DNA of 64,000 bases from IMG/VR virus record IMGVR_UViG_3300027763_000034, positions 32,001-96,000 of that record; one strand, written 5' to 3'. The notes under the pieces are model-generated. The model saw nothing but the letters and a program-made list of their open reading frames with translations. It was not told the DNA's origin and searched no databases. Position numbers and translations under genes: made by a program. Origin of the DNA: a virus. Positions 20,503-30,482 of the stretch are shown here, piece after piece. The stretch's first letter is position 1. Every line of letters starts with the position of its first letter.

Positions 20503-20940
20503 TTATGACAGATATGCTGTCCCTGAAAACGGTTGTGCCATAGTCAGTGTTAATATGTTTATACTATTATAGTCTATCCCAGTTTCTAATATATCCCCAG
20601 CACTTGACTTAACAGTCACATTGGGGTGGAACCCAAGGTTATGTGTTATTGGCAACGAGTAAATTCCATTTACTGGACCAACTATCTGTGCTAGTTCCCA
20701 AGAATGAGTCAGTGATATCTGCTTATCTAGAATGAAACTTTGTGCTATATTCCACGTATTTGTCTGTGTGTCTTTTGGACCCCAGAATCTTGTTGTATTT
20801 GTATCAAAATAAAAATCTCCAGGAACTCCAAGAGCATTATTTGGATTTCCTTGTCCGCTTATAATTGTGCGCCCTGGCGCACCAGTAGATCTTACAACTA
20901 CTAGGGGATTATTTTCGGTTACTATTAAACGTGTTGCCAT
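20503..20940 (-). CDS. Putative structural protein
   Basis: G.PNNALGVPGDFYFD, ITHNLG motifs. Confidence 0.6.
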   Translation of the reverse strand: MATRLIVTENNPLVVVRSTGAPGRTIISGQGNPNNALGVPGDFYFDTNTTRFWGPKDTQTNTWNIAQSFILDKQISLTHSWELAQIVGPVNGIYSLPITHNLGFHPNVTVKSSAGDILETGIDYNSINILTLTMAQPFSGTAYLS

Positions 20941-21284
20941 TATACCGTTACTGACCTATTTAGAGTCATGTACCCTTCTAATAATCTTGTCTTATTAACG
21001 CTTGGATCAACTATAACTAGGTCGTATGCAGATTTTGGATAAAACATTTTATTTGTTCTGTCTGAAGAAATAGAGATCTTTAACTTTCCTTCAGTTGGGC
21101 TAATGTTTATTCCATCTTGCTCTGTTAAAGTAAATGCTAATTTTTTACCACCTTGGGTGTCTCTAACTTGAAGTTTGGCGGTGTGAAAGTTTAATTGAAT
21201 TGGGGTTTGGTCTTCGTCCAAATACTGAACTTCAAACGTAAAAGTTGTATTTTGGTCTACTTCAAAATTTTTTTGCGCTGCCAC
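20940..21284 (-). CDS. BppU/LtfC-like fibre-attachment protein
   Basis: AKLQVR...YDLVIVD...RLLEG motif. Confidence 0.55.
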   Translation of the reverse strand: MAAQKNFEVDQNTTFTFEVQYLDEDQTPIQLNFHTAKLQVRDTQGGKKLAFTLTEQDGINISPTEGKLKISISSDRTNKMFYPKSAYDLVIVDPSVNKTRLLEGYMTLNRSVTV

Positions 21285-21301
21285 ATTTACCCCTAAATTA
21301 G

Positions 21302-21333
21302 AAAAGCCCTTATGCCAATTTTAGCATAAGGGC
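21302..21333 (-). terminator. Intrinsic terminator overlapping an extended -10 (TGCTAAAAT)
   Basis: GCCCTTATGC-8nt-GCATAAGGGC followed by TTTT on the minus strand. Confidence 0.6.
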
Positions 21334-21352
21334 GTTCCCAATCAACTATAAG

Positions 21353-21592
21353 TTAGGCTTTGTTAACAAATCCAAAACTCTTGTCATTTGGATTTAATGC
21401 CTTTAAAATTACGGGTGCTACTGCTGCGACTCCGCCAAGTAATAAATCTTTAGGATTTGTATTACCTGTCATATATAAGGCTAGTGCTGCTGAAAGAAAT
21501 GCTCTTCCGTAGCTTGCTAGCGCTGCTAGGATCTGTTCTTGCATGCTGACCTTTCCATCTTTGTTTAAATCTGCTTTTGCAAATTTAGCCAT
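21353..21592 (-). CDS. Holin-like small membrane protein
   Basis: Two hydrophobic helices, SYGRAF...LKALNPND; N-terminal EF-hand-like DLNKDGKVSMQE. Confidence 0.55.
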   Translation of the reverse strand: MAKFAKADLNKDGKVSMQEQILAALASYGRAFLSAALALYMTGNTNPKDLLLGGVAAVAPVILKALNPNDKSFGFVNKA

Positions 21593-21662
21593 TTTATTAT
21601 CTCCTTGTTGGGCAATTTGCCCCTGGAATTTTCGGCCTTAGCCGAATACTATAATTCTACCA

Positions 21663-23597
21663 CTATGCTGAAATATCTACAAGCTCGCAATTACCGTCTG
21701 AGCTACAAGCAAGCGTGGCATTTATGGAAGTACCATCTTCTGTCTCATAAAAAGACAAATCTTCCCAACGAATACTTTTAGGCATTTTTGCCGCTAAGTC
21801 CTCGTACTCTTTTTCTGAAATTTCTTGATATGGTGCCTGTTTATATGTATGCTCTGAATGAGGAAGGAATGATATACCAGACACTTCATCAAAGTTTTTG
21901 TAAACCCAGGCCCCTACTTCCATCCATTCGTCTTCTTTAACTGATACGGTAATGGAGGGCTTATGTTCACACCATGCACGTTGATATACCAGCCAAATAT
22001 TTAAATGATCAATAGCTGTTAAATCACTTCTAACAATTGCACCCTCTGGCGCTTTAATTGGAAATGAGAATACGTATGTATCGTTTGGCTTCATAACATC
22101 ATCTTCTACTGGAATTCCAACTTCCTTCAAAAATGTAGAGATTGGATCTCCCTTTGCTCCACGAACTGTACGAATGTAATATGGCGAATGCCAAGCATGC
22201 ATTCCTGAAGATACCCCGACCAATTGAGATACTGTTCCTGACGGCTTTACGCATGTAATAGCGGCAGACTCAGGAATCCCAATTTTTCCAGCCTCATCTT
22301 TATTTTTTGCTCTTGCTAATTCTCTAAGCGTCATTAAAAAAGCTTCTAGTGAAACAAGGTCTTCTTTACCTGACATAAACTTGTGTCCAAATTGTCCAGT
22401 TAGAGAAACACCTAATAAGCGCTCTTCTTCTGTATTGTCTTTCCATATCTTGCGAAGATATTTAAAGTCTGTAAGAGTTGACTGCCACGTCCCAAGGATA
22501 GTTGCAAGTTCAACCTTACGTTCAATTTCTTTCTTTGTATCATTCTCACGTAGTACCACTTCTGAAAGGTTACAAAACTGATAAGGACGTAGGATAATCT
22601 CTGAGCACGGGTTAGTTCCATAGTGTATATCTGGATCTCTTCTTCCATACTTGGCTGCTTGGGCTTGAGCTGCGGCCACATTGTATATGCCTCGTTCTCC
22701 TGATTTTGAATCATATAGAGATTTCCATTCTGCAATAAATTGCTCCATCTCTGGCTTGCGTGAGTAAGCAACAGAGTTATTAGATAAAGCACGTTGCGTA
22801 TTAGCTTCCCACCAGTTACCTGACTTAGCCTGTGCCATTTCAATATCGTTAATGTTAGAAAGAGAAATCATTGCTGATCGGCGAACTCCGCCTACAACAA
22901 CTACCTCACCAATCTTGCACATAATATCGTGGCATTCAATTGGTTTAAGGTTTCTTCCTGTGGCGCTTTTGAACTTTGCAATTGTAAAATCAAATAGATT
23001 AACAAGTGGTTGTGGACCTGATGATCTTCCACCCATTGTCTTAAGTCTTGCACCTGCTGGCCTTACCTTAGAAACATCAATTGCTGGAATCTGTCCAGAC
23101 CAAAGTAATGCTAGCAACTCACGGTATGCTTTAGCCCAACCTTGCTTAGAATCTTCTACTGTAATTACTGTAGTTGACTTCTCCAGTAACTCTGGGACGG
23201 CAGGAAGTTTATTAATGTACTTGTACTCAACAGAGAATCCAACGCCAGTGCCACACATGAGAATATACATTGTCTCGTCAAATGAACGTGGTGAATCAAC
23301 TGGAAGAAAAGCACAATTGTATCCTGCTACATTATCTCTTTCTAATGCTGGTCCTGAAGTCATTACTGATCTCATTGATGGCATTACATTTCGTTCAAAT
23401 ACAAACTCTTTTAATTCCGCAACTAGCTTTTCATTTGGAATATAATTATGGTTTACCTTTAAATGGTTAGTCATAAACTCAAAATATCTATCTACTGTTT
23501 CTCCCCATGTTTCTCTACGGCCTTCTGCCTGTACCCATTTTGCATATCTGGATAAAGCAATAAAGTTTTCATAAGGATTTTCAATAGTTTGTGACAT
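21663..23597 (-). CDS. nrdJ: Class II (adenosylcobalamin-dependent) ribonucleotide reductase
   Basis: YNCAF, GGVRRSA, GTNPCSEI, CNLSEV, TCVKPSGT, C-terminal CSSDGNC. Confidence 0.92.
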   Translation of the reverse strand: MSQTIENPYENFIALSRYAKWVQAEGRRETWGETVDRYFEFMTNHLKVNHNYIPNEKLVAELKEFVFERNVMPSMRSVMTSGPALERDNVAGYNCAFLPVDSPRSFDETMYILMCGTGVGFSVEYKYINKLPAVPELLEKSTTVITVEDSKQGWAKAYRELLALLWSGQIPAIDVSKVRPAGARLKTMGGRSSGPQPLVNLFDFTIAKFKSATGRNLKPIECHDIMCKIGEVVVVGGVRRSAMISLSNINDIEMAQAKSGNWWEANTQRALSNNSVAYSRKPEMEQFIAEWKSLYDSKSGERGIYNVAAAQAQAAKYGRRDPDIHYGTNPCSEIILRPYQFCNLSEVVLRENDTKKEIERKVELATILGTWQSTLTDFKYLRKIWKDNTEEERLLGVSLTGQFGHKFMSGKEDLVSLEAFLMTLRELARAKNKDEAGKIGIPESAAITCVKPSGTVSQLVGVSSGMHAWHSPYYIRTVRGAKGDPISTFLKEVGIPVEDDVMKPNDTYVFSFPIKAPEGAIVRSDLTAIDHLNIWLVYQRAWCEHKPSITVSVKEDEWMEVGAWVYKNFDEVSGISFLPHSEHTYKQAPYQEISEKEYEDLAAKMPKSIRWEDLSFYETEDGTSINATLACSSDGNCELVDISA

Positions 23598-23793
23598 TTA
23601 TTATACGACCTTCTCTCCGCCTTGCGGTGTTAATTTTAAGTGAAGTCCTAGTGTATCAAACTTTTATTTATCAGTCTATGGGTAAAAATATTTTTTATTT
23701 ATCTCATTATGTAAGATAGCATCTTGGTTGACTAACTTGACAGTTGTTTATATTTAATGCTATTCTTATAGTTCGTTATCTCTATAGGAGGAA

Positions 23794-24342
23794 ATGCCAA
23801 TGGAGAATATAAAGCAACAGTTTAGCGATTTGGTTCGTGACTGGACAATAATAGCAGTAACAATGTTATTTTTGTTTGGCAACTCAGCAAACGCTTTAAC
23901 TGTAGTAGCACCTTTAGTGAAAACTGAAGCCCAATTAAAGCAAGAAGTCTTAGATAGTTTTAGTAAAGAGATTTACAAGCCATCTGAGATGCTTACAGAC
24001 AAAGAGTTAAAACTATTACTTGAGACTGTAGGATTCGAAGGGTCAGGCCTTAAAAAAGCTTGGTCTATAGCAAAGCGTGAATCTAATGGAAGACCGCTTG
24101 CATATAACGGGAATAGGAATACAGGAGATAGTTCTTACGGATTATTTCAGATAAATATGATTGGAAATCTTGGTCCGCAAAGACTTGAGAAATTTGATCT
24201 ACAGAGTAACAAAGAGTTATTCGACCCAGTAACAAACGCAGAGATAACGTACTATATGACCGATGGCGGCAATGATTGGTCAAGCTGGAAGGGTATGACC
24301 CCAAAAGCTAAGGAATTTTTATTAAAATTTCCGACAAAGTAA
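23794..24342 (+). CDS. Lytic transglycosylase (SLT-like) with N-terminal signal/anchor
   Basis: AKRESNG...SYGLFQIN...LFDP.TNA...W..W. Confidence 0.8.
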   Translation: MPMENIKQQFSDLVRDWTIIAVTMLFLFGNSANALTVVAPLVKTEAQLKQEVLDSFSKEIYKPSEMLTDKELKLLLETVGFEGSGLKKAWSIAKRESNGRPLAYNGNRNTGDSSYGLFQINMIGNLGPQRLEKFDLQSNKELFDPVTNAEITYYMTDGGNDWSSWKGMTPKAKEFLLKFPTK

Positions 24343-24352
24343 AGGAGATGGG

Positions 24353-24568
24353 ATGAGGATACAGTATGTATCAACTTACATCTCCATGTCAGAAGAAGGA
24401 TTGGTTGAAAAGCTTTTATGCCCAGTAGACCAATCCATTCTTTTTTCTAATCAAAGCCTTTTAGATGAAATATACTTATATTGCTTAGAGTGCGATTATA
24501 AAAAGGCTCTTGGAACGGCAAGCTATCAAAAAATAGTTGATGAGGTGAATAAACACAAAAATGTGTAA
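24353..24568 (+). CDS. Small Zn-finger-like hypothetical protein
   Basis: CP.D...CLEC; SD aaggag. Confidence 0.5.
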   Translation: MRIQYVSTYISMSEEGLVEKLLCPVDQSILFSNQSLLDEIYLYCLECDYKKALGTASYQKIVDEVNKHKNV

Positions 24569-24651
24569 AGAAAATTGTATTTGTAATTTAGAAAATGATT
24601 CGGTTCCGATACAGGTAACTGACGCAATGGGTAGAGAGGTTTTTTGGTTAG

Positions 24652-25063
24652 ATGCAGGAAGGCCAGAATAATCAAATTTCAAATGATTTAGAAGATAATT
24701 TGCCTATGGTAAATTACATAATGCTTCATAGAATATATGACATGCTTAGCCTTATAGCAAAGGGATCGGTTGGGCAGGAAGAAGTAAGCAAAATGATTGC
24801 TTACCACGAACAGGGATATTTATTGGGCCCATCTCCAGCCTTTACCCCAGGAGATCAAAATGATTGATCCATTAAAACAAAGAATGATATTAAAAGATAT
24901 GCACAAAAAGTTTCAAGATTTAAGTACTGATCTTGCTAAACTTAATGGCCTTTCTTTAGAAGAAGCTAATATATATGCAGACAACTCAAAAGAATCAACA
25001 TTTTGGCTTTTAGATAAAGTACTTCAAGACATGGTAGAAAAAAAATATATAAAATTTGATTGA
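24652..25063 (+). CDS. Two small hypothetical proteins (about 24652-24867 and 24860-25063)
   Basis: Tandem overlapping ORFs; SD ggag before ATG 24860. Confidence 0.45.
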
Positions 25064-25088
25064 CTATTATAGATTCTTGTAATATAAT
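25060..25088 (+). promoter_or_regulatory. Near-consensus sigma70/SigA promoter
   Basis: TTGACT-N17-TATAAT. Confidence 0.75.
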
Positions 25089-25094
25089 TAAAAC

Positions 25095-25156
25095 TCAGGT
25101 TGAGTTATGCTCCCTGTTAAAACCCTAGTCGGATCCGCCTCTGACTAGGGTTTTTT
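25095..25156 (+). ncRNA. Candidate ~60-nt sRNA
   Basis: Between a strong promoter and a terminator hairpin (25119-25156); no ORF. Confidence 0.45.
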
Positions 25157-25193
25157 AATACCATAGCCGTGATACAATTAGGTTATATTATCA

Positions 25194-26051
25194 ATGGAGG
25201 CAAAAATGTATTTTTATGACAGACCAGATTGTATAAAACTTTCAAGCTACACCGACGCTTATGGAACCCCAAGCGGTATATTTTTGTTTAAAAACATACT
25301 GCCCGAAGAATTAATGTTAGACCTTGAAAACGAGCTGGACTCAATAGACTACCGAGACACCTTTAAATATTCAGGAACACTTATTAGCTGGTATGAGAAT
25401 AAGATGGCCCCTAGACCAAAAAAACTATTAGAGTTTTGGGAATTTATTAGTGAGCTTCTTTATCCACATTATGTTATTCACCCTTCACAATCAATCTTAA
25501 ATATAAGACCTGGGGACGGTGGAATGTTTACACATTCAGATAGTCCTGGAAAGGGTGCTTGCCATCTTTTATCTCAAGACGACAAATATGCAACATGCTG
25601 TGTAATTGACTACGGTCTAGTTGCTTATTTTGGACACTTTACTGGCGGAGAAATATTTTATCCAGACATCAACCCAGATGGAACTATAAAAACTGATGAC
25701 AACAGACAAGCAGGTCAATACGAATACCTTCCTCAGCGTGGAGACATACTTATTCACAGCGCTTTTGATCCATACAGCCACGGAGTAAAAGAAGTTGAAT
25801 CTGGTGTAAGGTATGCGTTTTCAAACTTCTGTTTAAAGACAGAAGACAATCCAGGAACATTCTACAATTACAAAACTCCAGAGTATTACGAACAAATAGG
25901 AAATGGAACAGAGGATGAGCTTGATAAGTGGATGCAGCCATTAAGAGAAAATCCACAGTTCTCAAAAGATAGAATTGCAATTATGCAAGCATCAGGCCTT
26001 GAAGGTAAAGAATTAGCATCTACATTTATGTCCGAATTCAAAGAGCATTAA
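25194..26051 (+). CDS. 2OG-Fe(II) oxygenase
   Basis: HSD...FTGGEIFYP...HGVKEVESGVRY. Confidence 0.8.
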   Translation: MEAKMYFYDRPDCIKLSSYTDAYGTPSGIFLFKNILPEELMLDLENELDSIDYRDTFKYSGTLISWYENKMAPRPKKLLEFWEFISELLYPHYVIHPSQSILNIRPGDGGMFTHSDSPGKGACHLLSQDDKYATCCVIDYGLVAYFGHFTGGEIFYPDINPDGTIKTDDNRQAGQYEYLPQRGDILIHSAFDPYSHGVKEVESGVRYAFSNFCLKTEDNPGTFYNYKTPEYYEQIGNGTEDELDKWMQPLRENPQFSKDRIAIMQASGLEGKELASTFMSEFKEH

Positions 26052-26686
26052 GATCATTTAGTGCAAAAGTGAAAAAATTGAAGTGCGGCGGCGGTAGAAG
26101 ATACCATTTGGAGGATATGAATGCCTAGAGACCATTTTAGTAAGATGATGAAGAGCCCATACTTCCAAACAGATCATTTTAAAAATGAATCCCATGAAGC
26201 TTTACTTGAAGCAAAAATAGAAAATGCTATATTTAAATTCTTTAATAGATTTAAACTTAAGCGATACAGGGCCAAATAAGGCTCTTTGAGTAAAGTTCTA
26301 CCAGTTACACTGGTTAAATTCTCTGATGGCCTTCTGAGCCATTATAAGACCCATTCTGACAGAATCTGACAGTAGACAATATGAATATATTCTAGTCAAC
26401 TAGGATATATATACACATACTGCATATATAGATATCAATACCCATGAACATATGATTACAGTCTTATAGAACTTAGAGCTGATCATTGTCTATATCCTCA
26501 TTTAGGTCAAAATCAAAGATTTCTTCTTTACCCGCCCAATTTAAAAATCTAGACAATGCAACTCCTGAAAGGATTGCTGTCGCAATTAGACTTACCAATG
26601 CCCATATCTTTTTCATTTAATATCATCCCAAAATGCAATAATAGCAATAACTATTGGTCCAAATATAATTGATGCTTGAAGCCAGT

Positions 26687-27322
26687 TCATAGGTCATACC
26701 CAAATGTATGAAATTCCCATGCCCATTCATATGATATATTCTCCATCTGCTCTTCTGAAAACACATCTTTTGCAGTTATTTCTTTTGGTCTATGAGCTTT
26801 TTGATATACATTTAAATCTAAATGCAATCCTTTGGGCTCTAAAATTTTATTAATTCCTGGCTCAATTCCATCCTCATATTTAATAACATTTTTAACCTGA
26901 ATAACACCATCTTTGGAGTATAACCCTTTTGTACTTTTTAACCACCCACGCCATTCTTCTCTTAAAGTGTTTTCAAAATATCTATTTACAAAATTAGATC
27001 TATCTCCAGATAAATAGTTTTGCATATTACCTGTATACTCTAGCTGCAAAAAGAAATCTGACATGACTGTATCGTATGGGTTTCTGACCACAACGCATGA
27101 GTCTACTTCAGATAAATTTTCAATCAGTGTTTCTAATTCTGAGTATGGGATATGATTAAAAAACTTTTCATCATTTCTTGGACTATGTCTTTCATCTATT
27201 GGATGTACTGGAGTTACAACAGCATCATCGTCCATTATTTGAGATAAACAAATTTCAGTTGAAGACCCTCCAACTTTTTTATTTTTTAAATATAAAAAAT
27301 TATATTTTTTTGAATATATCAT
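26687..27322 (-). CDS. Sulfotransferase-family protein
   Basis: FLYLKNKKVGGSS, VRNPYD..S, IKYED. Confidence 0.7.
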   Translation of the reverse strand: MIYSKKYNFLYLKNKKVGGSSTEICLSQIMDDDAVVTPVHPIDERHSPRNDEKFFNHIPYSELETLIENLSEVDSCVVVRNPYDTVMSDFFLQLEYTGNMQNYLSGDRSNFVNRYFENTLREEWRGWLKSTKGLYSKDGVIQVKNVIKYEDGIEPGINKILEPKGLHLDLNVYQKAHRPKEITAKDVFSEEQMENISYEWAWEFHTFGYDL

Positions 27323-27335
27323 TTAATGCCTCCAG

Positions 27336-27410
27336 TAGGGATACTGGGATTTGAACCCAGAATCTATTGTATATAAGACAAGTGCTTTAACCAGATTAAG
27401 CTATATCCCC
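27336..27410 (-). tRNA. tRNA-Ile (anticodon TAT)
   Basis: GGGGATA/TATCCCT acceptor stem, CT-TAT-AT loop, CTGGG-TTCAAAT-CCCAG T arm. Confidence 0.85.
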
Positions 27411-27553
27411 TAGGGACTAGCGTATTCGGCTTGCTACTAGCTTTTCAATGCAAGATGTGCAAAAGTTTTCAAGTATGCCTTTAGCGTTTATACGCTCTAC
27501 ATACTTTGGGTTTTCACAAAAATCACATTTCATAGTATTAGTATACCATAATT

Positions 27554-28153
27554 TTAGTTGACTGCAATTTTATATTTGTATTCCCAATATCTATCATAGG
27601 TCTGCTTGACAATGTCGCTTGATTCAACCGCAGCTTTTAATATTGGTTTTTCTGGTGTTCCTATATTTCTATTTCTTCTAGCAAGTGGATAATTTACATC
27701 AGAAAGGTTTGCAACTAACTTTTCATCTACCCATTTATCAGTTACATCAAAATCTACAATAGGTATATTAAACTTATCAGAAATCTTTTGTACTAGATCC
27801 ATTGGATTATTTCTCATATCTTCATACACATAAATTAATACGTTGTCCCTTTCAAAATCATCCATGAAAACGTTGTATAGCGTATTATAATATTTTATTT
27901 TTAGTTTTAATGTATCTGAATTAGATATTTCAAATTCCCGCAAATCTGGAGAATCTATGCCTTGAAAATGTCTTTCTAAGCCTGAGACTATTGCGTAATA
28001 TGGATCTCTAAGTATGTATACCTGATTTCCGCCTTCTGTTAGCAGATGCGGCTGATGTGTTGTTTGAAACCATTTTCCAAAAGCTTTTTGTAAAATAGTG
28101 CTACAATAAGTTGTACCTGATCCTGGGGCTGAGTTTATAATTAAGTCATCCAT
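27554..28153 (-). CDS. Sulfotransferase-like P-loop protein
   Basis: SAPGSGTT, LRDPY..I.S, YEDM. Confidence 0.6.
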   Translation of the reverse strand: MDDLIINSAPGSGTTYCSTILQKAFGKWFQTTHQPHLLTEGGNQVYILRDPYYAIVSGLERHFQGIDSPDLREFEISNSDTLKLKIKYYNTLYNVFMDDFERDNVLIYVYEDMRNNPMDLVQKISDKFNIPIVDFDVTDKWVDEKLVANLSDVNYPLARRNRNIGTPEKPILKAAVESSDIVKQTYDRYWEYKYKIAVN

Positions 28154-29447
28154 TTATATTTTCCTTTTCTATTTGTTTTTTATACTCCAAAAATAATTCT
28201 TTCATTGGCTCATATTCACGTATTCTATTATTAATAAGGCTCCTTAAAGGATTTATTTTTTTTGGAATTCTTTTTTCAGCAAACTTATCATTTTTCATTT
28301 TATTAATAATAATTTCTTGAATTAAATTTGAATCAAAATCTTTTAGTTTAGCATTAAATTTATTAGAAAATTTATTTAAAAAGTTTTCTGGTGTTTTTGT
28401 TAAAAACTCAAATGTGCACAATAAAGCATGACTACTTTCTTCTTTATTTAATTGATTTAAAAAATACCTATAATCTTTTATACATCTTTCAAACATATCA
28501 TCTAATATAAATCTATCAAATTTTATTTGATTCATAAATCTAGCATTCTCGAGATAGTTAAGTGAACTTGAGTTTTTACTTAAATCAAGTTCTATACAAG
28601 ATGCTATTGATTCGTATGGATCTCTTATTATTGATACATCAAAAATATTTTTATTAAAAGATGTGTAGTCGTGGTGCTGCGATTCGTACCTGGAGTCTTC
28701 AACATATTCATGTAGTAAATTTTCAGCAAAAGTATTTCCACATCCTGGTGGTGATATCAGACTGAACTGAACAGTTTTAATCAAAGATGCTTTTTTAATA
28801 AATAAATCATATATCTTGCTCCAATATTCTCTCTTTAAAGAATCTTGTGGATGAGGGGCCCATGTTGCAGTATCTTCTGGGGTAAATTCAGATAGTCCAA
28901 CTGCCTCTCTAATTTCTAATTGAGTTATCGGTTTAAGCATATTATGATCTCTAACATACTTGTTAAGAGTGCTTATAAATATGCCATTAATTTTTCTTCT
29001 TTCTTCGTAAGTATAGCTTGGAGAAATCCCATCATACTTTAGAAGCATTTCAGTGAATTGCGGAAGTGGTTCTATTAACTGTATTGTTGAGCCCTTAAAG
29101 TATTCTCTAACACGGTCTAAATACTCTATAACTGTTTGCTCTGTATTTTGATGTTTTGGTAGCCACTGTCTAATGTCTACATATCCCAGCCATAACATAA
29201 CTATGTCTGAATCTTTAAATTCGTTAAATGGTCTTACCCAGTAATCTCTTTGCTTTACACAATAATCGCTTCCGCTTTCTATTCCACTGGATTCCGCTTT
29301 TTCTTCCTCAAGTTTTTTTGGATCAAATGCCCATGCTGTCATACCAGCAACTCCCCAGACCTTAAAATCTACTGGGCAATCTTCTGGATTCCAATGCTCC
29401 CATATTCTGGTTGAGTGGCAATCTCCTATAAGGTTTACTGATCTCAT
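28146..29447 (-). CDS. SGNH-like N-terminal domain fused to a sulfotransferase-like domain
   Basis: LIGDCHS...LGYVDIR; then SPPGCGNT...IRDPYESIAS. Confidence 0.5.
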   Translation of the reverse strand: MRSVNLIGDCHSTRIWEHWNPEDCPVDFKVWGVAGMTAWAFDPKKLEEEKAESSGIESGSDYCVKQRDYWVRPFNEFKDSDIVMLWLGYVDIRQWLPKHQNTEQTVIEYLDRVREYFKGSTIQLIEPLPQFTEMLLKYDGISPSYTYEERRKINGIFISTLNKYVRDHNMLKPITQLEIREAVGLSEFTPEDTATWAPHPQDSLKREYWSKIYDLFIKKASLIKTVQFSLISPPGCGNTFAENLLHEYVEDSRYESQHHDYTSFNKNIFDVSIIRDPYESIASCIELDLSKNSSSLNYLENARFMNQIKFDRFILDDMFERCIKDYRYFLNQLNKEESSHALLCTFEFLTKTPENFLNKFSNKFNAKLKDFDSNLIQEIIINKMKNDKFAEKRIPKKINPLRSLINNRIREYEPMKELFLEYKKQIEKENING

Positions 29448-29576
29448 ACTTTATTGTATCATTCTATGTATCACTTGATCTTAGGTCTTAGGTCTTATAT
29501 ATTTAATATTTATTATTTATTGATTTACTGACCCCCCGACCCCCCTATTGGAAGTATACTAAATGAAAATTCTATG

Positions 29577-30227
29577 TCAAGGCATTACGGAAACATTACC
29601 AACACGATCAATCCCAAATAATAAAATATTTTTTTGAGATCCTTTTTTAAAAGTAATTACTGGCATATATAAATTTTGTGTATCTTCTGGTATATAGTAC
29701 GCATTGTCTGGTATGTCCGCTTTAAACTCTTTGCAGCTGAAGTCCATGTCACAACTTAGAAATATTGGAGTATCTCGATCTTGATACCAAGAAAACTTAG
29801 CTCCAGGGTTTACATGGTTTTTTGCTATCTGATTATAAAATTGATATAGCCTTAATGTAGACTTATCTGTATAGTCATCATGTGGAGAATCATCTAGAAA
29901 TATCGTATCATACGTCCCAAGGCCATTTAAAGCCTTTTGCCAAGATCCTTCTACAATTATGACTCTATGCCTTTGTTCTCCCGCCCACTTACGAGCCTTC
30001 TGAAGTACCTCTGGGCTACTTTCAATGATGGTGTGTGACTCTATGTCATGCATCTGTATTTCAGTGGCTGAAAACCCCATTCCAAAGCCGATTTCCAAAA
30101 CATGACCTTTGGGATTTAAATTTTTAATAATAGCTTGCATATACGGCTTTTCCCATTCCATCATTACCTGGAAATTATTTTTATCAATTAAAATATCTTT
30201 GTCGTACTGATCTTTTCCGTATTCCAT
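29577..30227 (-). CDS. Class I SAM methyltransferase, GAMT/RMT2-like
   Basis: VMMEWEKPYM, VLEIGFGMG, HTIIE, G.WQ. Confidence 0.75.
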   Translation of the reverse strand: MEYGKDQYDKDILIDKNNFQVMMEWEKPYMQAIIKNLNPKGHVLEIGFGMGFSATEIQMHDIESHTIIESSPEVLQKARKWAGEQRHRVIIVEGSWQKALNGLGTYDTIFLDDSPHDDYTDKSTLRLYQFYNQIAKNHVNPGAKFSWYQDRDTPIFLSCDMDFSCKEFKADIPDNAYYIPEDTQNLYMPVITFKKGSQKNILLFGIDRVGNVSVMP

Positions 30228-30482
30228 ATCTTAATTGTAGCATTTGTATTTTAGTCGACTGCTATTTCATATTTCTAAAAATGTTAATATATTTTTATTA
30301 TGTATGATACATACCTAAAAACAAAACGGACATTTGGGATAGACCGCACATATTAAGCGTGAATGTGTCCTATCTCACAGGATAATTCTAAGATTTATTC
30401 CGACACGCCGAGAGATAACTTGATAAATGTCAGTCCCCTAGTGTAGAGTTATCTTATAACAACAAACGAAAGGAGTCACACA

